Assembly (NCBI GenBank): GCA_044344255.1
Contig: JBIJDH010000002.1
Location: 96,001-160,000 of the forward strand
Length of the DNA stretch: 64,000 nucleotides
From: Myxococcota bacterium
GTDB taxonomy: Bacteria; Myxococcota_A; UBA796; UBA2385
Reading direction: 5' to 3'
In this document: positions 58,304 to 64,000 of the stretch, one piece after another
How positions within the stretch are numbered: position 1 is the stretch's first letter
How the letters are laid out: each line of letters begins with the position of its first letter
Program-made: the position numbers and the translations under genes
The notes under the pieces: generated by a model
What the model saw: the letters and a program-made list of their open reading frames with translations, nothing else
Database searches by the model: none
Told to the model about the DNA's origin: nothing

Positions 58304-58840
58304 CTACCGGGAGTCGTTGTTGGAGTCGGTCGGACGCTCGTGGCGCAGGAGCACCACCTCTTCCGCCCGGAGCAGTCGCCCGGCGCGGGTGAAGCCGCGC
58401 TTGACCACCTGCTGCACCTTGTAGTCGAGACCGGGGTCGGAGGTGGTGGTCACCTTGACGACCTTCTGGGTCTCGCGATCGAATTCATCCCGCGGGTCGA
58501 GGGGGAGCACGTCCCGGCGGTACAGCAGCTCCTGGAATTCGTCGAGCAGATACTGGAAGCTGTCGGCGATGACCTCGGCGCTCATCTCCTGGTTCACGAG
58601 GCTCTGCTTGAACCAGGAGAGGCTGTCGTGAAACAGCAGCAGATCGAGGAGCAGTGGCTTCTCGGTCTGAAAGATGAAGTCGTCCTTGTACTGTCGGAGC
58701 TCGGTGTAGAGCTGGTCAAAGGCCCGCTGTTGCAGGGCGTCCCGTGTGGACTGTTGATGCACGAAGTCCTTGAGGGTCCCCACCGACTCGGCGAGCCCAT
58801 CGAGGGTGATCTCTTCGTTCCGCGAGTCGGATGTTGCCAC
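58304..58840 (-). CDS. GrpE-like nucleotide exchange factor
   Basis: N-terminal coiled coil; LLLDLLLFHD; FDRETQKVV; VKRGF..GRLLRAEEVV C-terminal GrpE pattern; lies between two Hsp70 genes. Confidence 0.8.
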   Translation of the reverse strand: MATSDSRNEEITLDGLAESVGTLKDFVHQQSTRDALQQRAFDQLYTELRQYKDDFIFQTEKPLLLDLLLFHDSLSWFKQSLVNQEMSAEVIADSFQYLLDEFQELLYRRDVLPLDPRDEFDRETQKVVKVTTTSDPGLDYKVQQVVKRGFTRAGRLLRAEEVVLLRHERPTDSNNDSR

Positions 58841-58848
58841 TGACCCTC

Positions 58849-60849
58849 CTACCGACCGCTACCGAGCTCGGTGGCCAGGTTGATGAACGTGCCTTCCAAC
58901 TCGATGCTCTCGTTACAGTGGTGGTAGTCGGTCGGCAAGGAGCAGAGCGCCTCGAGGAAGTCGCGCTGCACCTGTCGGCCGACGCCCACGGTGATGACCC
59001 GCCCGCCCAGGCGCTTGATTCGCGTGGCCTCGGCGACGGTGGCGGCGGGGTCGTCGGGGTGGCCGTCGGTGAGCAGCAGGTAGACGCGCTGCACGCCCGC
59101 CTTGCCCTTGAGCGCGTCTCGCGCGGTGGCCAAGCCCTGGTGCATCGGCGTCGAGCCGATCGGCGTGAGGGAGTCGATCGCCGCCTCGATGCGGAGGCGC
59201 TCGTCGGTCAGCCCGCTCTTCAGCCCGCCGGGGAAGGCGACCACCGCCAGGCTCCGCTGCGCCGCGAGCGTGCGCCCGACAAAGGCGCGCGCCGCCTTTC
59301 GGGCCTCGATGATGTTCGTGCCGTACATCGAGCCGGAGCAGTCCATGATCAACGCGAGGTGCATCGGGACGCGGTTCAGCGCGATGTCCTCGAGGCTGGT
59401 CTGGGCGGTGGCGAGCCGGTGGGCGAGGGTCTGGCCGGTGGTGACGTCCATCGCCTCCACCTCCACGATCCCGTTGCTGTTGTACCGGAAGGTGACCGCC
59501 AGCCGAGAGTCTCCCGCGGCGCGGGGGTGGATGCCGTAGAACTCGAAGTGCCCGAGGACGCTGCACTGGAGCGGATCGGTCTCCTCGCCCTGCACCAGCC
59601 AGAGGTCCATCGAGGTCTGGCTGTTGTGGGTGGTGACGTAGTCGTCTCGGGTGCGCTCACAGGGGATGCGGCTGTTTCGGCGGATGATCGGGCTGTTGTG
59701 CAGCGCGCCATCCTTGTAGACCACCATCCCGAGCGAGTGGCTCGTCACGTCGTGGGTGCGCAGGTCGGTGGGGGGCTTTTGGCCGCTCAGCCTCGCCGAC
59801 TCGAGGGCCGCGGTGAGGGCGGCGCCGAGGGCCACGCACTCGTCGGGGTTGATGTCGGTGGAGGGGTCGCGCTGGAAGACATCGGTGATCAGCCGGCGCA
59901 CCATCGGCATGCGCGTCGAGCCGCCGGAGAGGAGGACGGTGTCGACCTCGTCGGGGCGCGACCTCGACTCTTCGAGCACCTCTCGGACCTTGGCCTCGCA
60001 GCGCTGCACGAGGGTCTTCGTGAGGTCCTCGAAGCGCTCCCGGGGGACCTCGAGGCGGAGGATCCGGCCCTGGTAGTCATAGAAGAGGTTGACCTTGGGC
60101 CGGCGGGAGAGCGAGAGCTTGGCGCTCACACACTTCTGTCGGAGGTCATGCGCGGCGGCGGGGTCCTCCAAGGGATCGATGCCGTGCTTCTTCTTGAACT
60201 CGTCTGCCGCGTAGGAGATGAGGGCGTCGTCGAAGTCCTTGCCGCCGAGCATGGAGTCGCCGGCGGTGGCGGACACGGTGATGTCTCGCCCCTCGATGTT
60301 GACGACCGTGACGTCGAAGGTCCCGCCGCCGAGGTCGAAGACCATGCAGCGCATGCTGCGACCGGCGTTCGCGAGTCCGTAGGCGAAGGCGGCGGCGGTG
60401 GGCTCGTTGATGAGCTTGAGGACGCGGAGACCGGCGAGCTCACCCGCCCGCATCGTCGCGCGGCGGTGCTTGTCGGCGAAGTAGGCAGGGACGGTGATGA
60501 CCGCCTCTTCGATCTTCTCACCGAGGCGCAGCTCGGCGTCGTGCTTGAGCTTAGCGAGGATGTAGCTGGAGAGCTGCTCGGGGCTGTATTCCTGGTTCCG
60601 GTACTTGAAGGAGTAGTTGTCGTCGCCCATGTGGCGCTTGACGAACTCCACCACCTGGTTGGGGAAGGCCACGGCCGCCTGCTTGGCGTAGTTTCCGACA
60701 ATGATCTCGTCGCCGTCAAAGAGGACGACGGAGGGGGTGATCCGGTCGCCTTCGGCGTTGTGCAGGATCTCGGGCACGCCGTGCTTGTTCACATAGGCGA
60801 TGGCGGAGAAGGTTGTTCCGAGGTCGATCCCGACTGCGGTCGTTGACAT
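58849..60849 (-). CDS. Hsp70-vWA fusion protein
   Basis: Full Hsp70 NBD and SBD-beta, then a vWA domain with MIDAS DCSGS, GSTPM and LLTDG, plus VITVGVG. Confidence 0.92.
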   Translation of the reverse strand: MSTTAVGIDLGTTFSAIAYVNKHGVPEILHNAEGDRITPSVVLFDGDEIIVGNYAKQAAVAFPNQVVEFVKRHMGDDNYSFKYRNQEYSPEQLSSYILAKLKHDAELRLGEKIEEAVITVPAYFADKHRRATMRAGELAGLRVLKLINEPTAAAFAYGLANAGRSMRCMVFDLGGGTFDVTVVNIEGRDITVSATAGDSMLGGKDFDDALISYAADEFKKKHGIDPLEDPAAAHDLRQKCVSAKLSLSRRPKVNLFYDYQGRILRLEVPRERFEDLTKTLVQRCEAKVREVLEESRSRPDEVDTVLLSGGSTRMPMVRRLITDVFQRDPSTDINPDECVALGAALTAALESARLSGQKPPTDLRTHDVTSHSLGMVVYKDGALHNSPIIRRNSRIPCERTRDDYVTTHNSQTSMDLWLVQGEETDPLQCSVLGHFEFYGIHPRAAGDSRLAVTFRYNSNGIVEVEAMDVTTGQTLAHRLATAQTSLEDIALNRVPMHLALIMDCSGSMYGTNIIEARKAARAFVGRTLAAQRSLAVVAFPGGLKSGLTDERLRIEAAIDSLTPIGSTPMHQGLATARDALKGKAGVQRVYLLLTDGHPDDPAATVAEATRIKRLGGRVITVGVGRQVQRDFLEALCSLPTDYHHCNESIELEGTFINLATELGSGR

Positions 60850-61043
60850 CTTTGTCCAATCCCGTCCATCGGCGCGGGCGCCGCTCCAGGAGTCGATTCT
60901 GAGCGTCGCTCGCGTGCCAGCGAGCGAGCGGGCGAGGTATAGCCCCACCGGTAGTGCAAAGACCGTACTATACCGTGGCCCTCGCCGCCAGCTCCCGACA
61001 CTCGGAAGCGTTGTTAGCTGCGGTGGGGCACAGCGGAGCAGCC

Positions 61044-61652
61044 ATGAGCAGCCCTCGCCTCATCCTCGCCTCCACGAGCCCTTACCGCCAGGGTCTGCTC
61101 GCGGAGCTGGGCCTCGCCTGCCTCGCGGTCGCCCCGCCCGTCGATGAGGCCTCGGTCACCGCGGATGACCCCGTCGAGCTGGCGCGCGCCCGCGCGCTCG
61201 CGAAGGCCCGCAGCGTGGCCGCGGGGGCTCCGGACGCGCTCGTCATCGGCAGCGACCAGGTCGTTCACCTCCGAAGCGCGCCCTTCGGCAAGCCGCATTC
61301 GGACGAGTCGTGGCTTCAGACGCTCCGCTTGTTCCGGGGTGAGTGGCACACCCTCAGCACCGCCGTGGCGTTGGTGGGCCCGGGCGCGGAAGAGGAGGTC
61401 TTTGTCGAGCACAGCCGGGTGCGACTCCGCGCCGACCTCGAAGACGCCGAGCTGCTCGCCTACGTGCGCCTGGGCGAGGCTCGCGGCTGCGCCGGGGGCT
61501 ACATGGTGGAGCGCCGCGGTGCTTGGCTCATCGAAGACGTCGAGGGCGACTGGCAGAACGTGATCGGCCTGCCGATCTTTCCGTTGGTGACCCGCCTGCG
61601 CGCCCGCGGCTGGCGCCTCGGCCCGACCGGCCCGACCCGGGAGCACCCATGA
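61044..61652 (+). CDS. maf: Maf family nucleoside triphosphate pyrophosphatase
   Basis: LILASTSPYR, AKARSV, IGSDQ, GKP, CAGGY and NVIGLP motifs. Confidence 0.92.
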   Translation: MSSPRLILASTSPYRQGLLAELGLACLAVAPPVDEASVTADDPVELARARALAKARSVAAGAPDALVIGSDQVVHLRSAPFGKPHSDESWLQTLRLFRGEWHTLSTAVALVGPGAEEEVFVEHSRVRLRADLEDAELLAYVRLGEARGCAGGYMVERRGAWLIEDVEGDWQNVIGLPIFPLVTRLRARGWRLGPTGPTREHP

Positions 61653-62719
61653 GCGCCTCCCTGGCCGAGCGCCCGGGCCCGGGGGGGCCTGATGACCCGC
61701 CCGACCTGGAGGAGCTGGCCGCGCTGGTGATAGAGCTCGGCGCGTACGCGGACTGGGAGCGGATGACCGGAGCTCGGCTCATCCCCTGGGAGCCGCCGCT
61801 GCCGCCGAGCGCGCTGCCGGCGAGCGCGCAGCGTCCAATCGCGCCGCCGCCGAGCGCGCAGCGGCCGGTCGCGCCGCCTCCCCCTCGGGCGGCCGCTCCG
61901 CCCGTCGTGCCTCGCCCCGCGCCGCCCCGCGCCGCCCCGCCTGCCCCCCCGCCCCGGCCCGTCGGCCTCGCGGTCCCTCCGCCCCCTCCGCCTCGGCCCC
62001 CCCCCGTCACGGCCGCGCTCGCCCCTTTGGCGCCTGCTCCGTCCCCGCCGGCGCCGGCGGGGCAGCTCACGCTTGGGGCCTGGGGTCAATTTTTGGCGCC
62101 GGTGGCTCCCCGCCCTGAGGCCAGTGAGGCCGACAGCGCCCGCCTGGCTGCCGCCACCTCGCTCGCAGAGGTGAGGGAGATCCTCGGGACTTGTCAGCGC
62201 TGCGGGCTCTGCCAGGGGCGCACCAACATCGTCTACGGGGTCGGCGACCCCGCCGCTTCGCTCTTCGTGATCGGGGAGGGGCCCGGCCAACAGGAGGACC
62301 AGCTCGGGGAGCCCTTTGTCGGGCCGGCTGGTCAAATGCTCGACCGGATGCTCTCCGCGGTGCTGGGGCTGCCGCGCGAGCGGGTTTACATCGCCAACGT
62401 CGTGAAGTGCCGCCCGCCCAACAACCGCAACCCCGAGCCGGAGGAGGTGGCGGCCTGCCTCCCCTTCCTGCACGCTCAGCTGGCGCGGGTCCGGCCCCGC
62501 GTCGTGCTCGTGCTGGGCTCGGTGGCGGTGAAGGCCGTCTTTGAGACGAAGCAAGGGGTGACCGGCCTGCGCGGGGCCTGGCGCACGCTGACCTTCCCCG
62601 GGGGCGAGGCCCGCGCGATGGCCACCTTCCATCCTGCGTACTTGCTCCGGAAGCCCGAAGACAAGCCGCTCACCTTCGCAGACCTCAAGCTGGTCCGAGC
62701 GGCCCTCGACGCCCCTTGA
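61649..62719 (+). CDS. Uracil-DNA glycosylase family 4 ([4Fe-4S]) with Pro-rich N-terminus
   Basis: CQRCGLC, IGEGPG.QED, PFVG.AG, NVVKCRPPNNRNP and TFHPAYLLR motifs; ATGA overlap with maf. Confidence 0.93.
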   Translation: MSASLAERPGPGGPDDPPDLEELAALVIELGAYADWERMTGARLIPWEPPLPPSALPASAQRPIAPPPSAQRPVAPPPPRAAAPPVVPRPAPPRAAPPAPPPRPVGLAVPPPPPPRPPPVTAALAPLAPAPSPPAPAGQLTLGAWGQFLAPVAPRPEASEADSARLAAATSLAEVREILGTCQRCGLCQGRTNIVYGVGDPAASLFVIGEGPGQQEDQLGEPFVGPAGQMLDRMLSAVLGLPRERVYIANVVKCRPPNNRNPEPEEVAACLPFLHAQLARVRPRVVLVLGSVAVKAVFETKQGVTGLRGAWRTLTFPGGEARAMATFHPAYLLRKPEDKPLTFADLKLVRAALDAP

Positions 62720-62737
62720 CGGGGCCCCGTCGGACGC

Positions 62738-63964
62738 TCAGCGGCGAGCCTTGGGCCCGGGGGCCGGCGGCGCGGTCTTGCTGGGGGCGGCCTTTGCCGG
62801 TGCCGGCTTCGGGCTCGAGACCTTCACGCCGCCCAGCAGATCGGCGAAGGTGCCGAGGCTCTCCTTGGCGCGGGGGGCCGGCGCGGCGCCGCGGGGCGCG
62901 GCGGGCTCCCAGTCTTCTGCGACCTGCTTGATCCCGAGCTCAAGGCGCTGGCGCTCGGGGTCCGCCGACAGGATGCGCACCGACACCTTCTGAGAGACGC
63001 TCAGCACCTCGGAGACCGAGCTGATGCGGCGGGGGGCGATGTTCGAGAGGTGGACGAGGCCCTCGAGCCCCGGCGCGAGGCGCACGAAGGCACCAAACTC
63101 GGAGATGCGCACCACGGTGCCCTCGTAGACCTCGCCGGGCAGGAAGTCCTGACCCACCCGGCTCCAGGGCCCGACCGCGTGGTCCTTTAGCGAGAGCGTG
63201 AGCTTGCGGTTGGTGGTGTCGACGTCGAGCACACGAACGACCACCCGGGTTCCGACCGGGGGGGCCTCGACCTGGTCGTCCCAGCCGACCTCGCGCTTGG
63301 GCACGAGGCCGCGGAGGCCGCCGACGTCGACGAAGAGGCCGAAGTCCTTGACCCCGGTGACGACGCCGTCCTTGGCGTCCCCCGGCTTGATCTCTGACCA
63401 GAGGCGCTCGGCGTCCTCCTGGGCCTGCTCGTTGACGATCGCGCGGTGGGACACCACCACGTCTCGATCGCGGACCTCCATCACGCGGAAGGCCAGGGTG
63501 CGGCCGACGTAGGCGTCGAGATCGGCCTCTGGGGCGCGATCGATCTGGGAGACCGGGCAGAAGGCTCGCACCGTGCCGATGCGGACCGTGAAGCCGCCGG
63601 AGTTACGAGACTCCACCCGCCCCTCGATGGGGACGCCGGTCTCCTGGGCCTGATCGAGCACGTCGCGGGCGGCGTTCCCGGTGAGGCGGCGGGCGAGGCG
63701 AATGCCCCGCTCGTCTACGCTCAGCACATAGCTTTGAATGAGGGAGCCGACCTCGGGGAGCTCGTCGACCATCTCGGCGGGATCGATGATCCCCTCCGCC
63801 TTGGCGCCGAGATCGACGAAGATGCCGTCGGTGCCGACTCGGACGACGCGCCCCTCGATGCGGTCGCCCTGTTGGGGGCGGTTGGGCGTCCCGGCGCGGA
63901 GCAGGGCGGCGAAGTCGTCCTCGCTGAGCTGGTCGAGCTCGGCCATCAAGGCGTCGGCGTCCAT
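62738..63964 (-). CDS. S1 RNA-binding domain protein (RpsA-like, four S1 repeats)
   Basis: FVDLGAKAEG, RAFCPVSQI, KDFGLFVDVGG and EFGAFVRL..GLEGLVHLS motifs. Confidence 0.88.
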   Translation of the reverse strand: MDADALMAELDQLSEDDFAALLRAGTPNRPQQGDRIEGRVVRVGTDGIFVDLGAKAEGIIDPAEMVDELPEVGSLIQSYVLSVDERGIRLARRLTGNAARDVLDQAQETGVPIEGRVESRNSGGFTVRIGTVRAFCPVSQIDRAPEADLDAYVGRTLAFRVMEVRDRDVVVSHRAIVNEQAQEDAERLWSEIKPGDAKDGVVTGVKDFGLFVDVGGLRGLVPKREVGWDDQVEAPPVGTRVVVRVLDVDTTNRKLTLSLKDHAVGPWSRVGQDFLPGEVYEGTVVRISEFGAFVRLAPGLEGLVHLSNIAPRRISSVSEVLSVSQKVSVRILSADPERQRLELGIKQVAEDWEPAAPRGAAPAPRAKESLGTFADLLGGVKVSSPKPAPAKAAPSKTAPPAPGPKARR

Positions 63965-64000
63965 GCGGGGGCCGGGCGGCGGGCGCACGGCGGGGCGTGC

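Noticed and set aside
55860..60846. Plus-strand ORFs of 854 aa (55860..58424) and 671 aa (58831..60846)
   Set aside because: Antisense to Hsp70 genes. Long ORFs opposite dnaK are a well-known artefact, often mis-annotated as NAD-specific glutamate dehydrogenase.
53466..60849. Hsp70 cluster as a tRNA-integrated mobile island
   Set aside because: It lies upstream (5') of the tRNA, has no integrase or att repeat, and its composition looks like the flanks.
61790..62060. C-rich low-complexity tract
   Set aside because: It encodes the Pro/Ala linker common at the N-terminus of family-4 UDGs.
62738..63964. Calling this gene rpsA
   Set aside because: It has only four S1 repeats and is divergent; it may be a paralogue, so no symbol was assigned.

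Overview
High-GC bacterial chromosome segment. Gene content (several Hsp70 paralogues, PEGA and AgmX/PglI-C-like domains, lptE-holA-rpsT and pyrRBC-greA order) suggests a Myxococcota/deltaproteobacterial lineage; this is an inference. Most of the window is core genome: an Opp/Dpp-type ABC operon, lepA, ugd, rpsU, rpsT, holA, pyrR-pyrB-pyrC', greA, maf, a family-4 UDG, an S1-like protein and two tRNA-Ala genes (GGC and CGC). I see no integrase, transposase, prophage or CRISPR array. The strongest candidate for an undescribed system is a five-gene minus-strand cluster at 53628-60849. It encodes an Hsp70 whose lid is replaced by an intact vWA/MIDAS domain, a GrpE-like protein, a second lid-less Hsp70 with a ~90-aa linker insertion, a membrane-anchored protein with two HPD-less J-like domains plus PEGA and TonB-C/AgmX-like domains, and a TPR-zincin protease. 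Other notable items are an output-less Cache-HAMP sensor translationally coupled to a pentameric ligand-gated ion channel, a RecG paralogue with degenerate helicase motifs, a metal-site-degenerate PyrC', a pseudokinase, a solo Trypco1-like protein, a tandem pair of six-cysteine lipoproteins and many short tandem duplications. All calls come from motif recognition by eye; no database searches were run.
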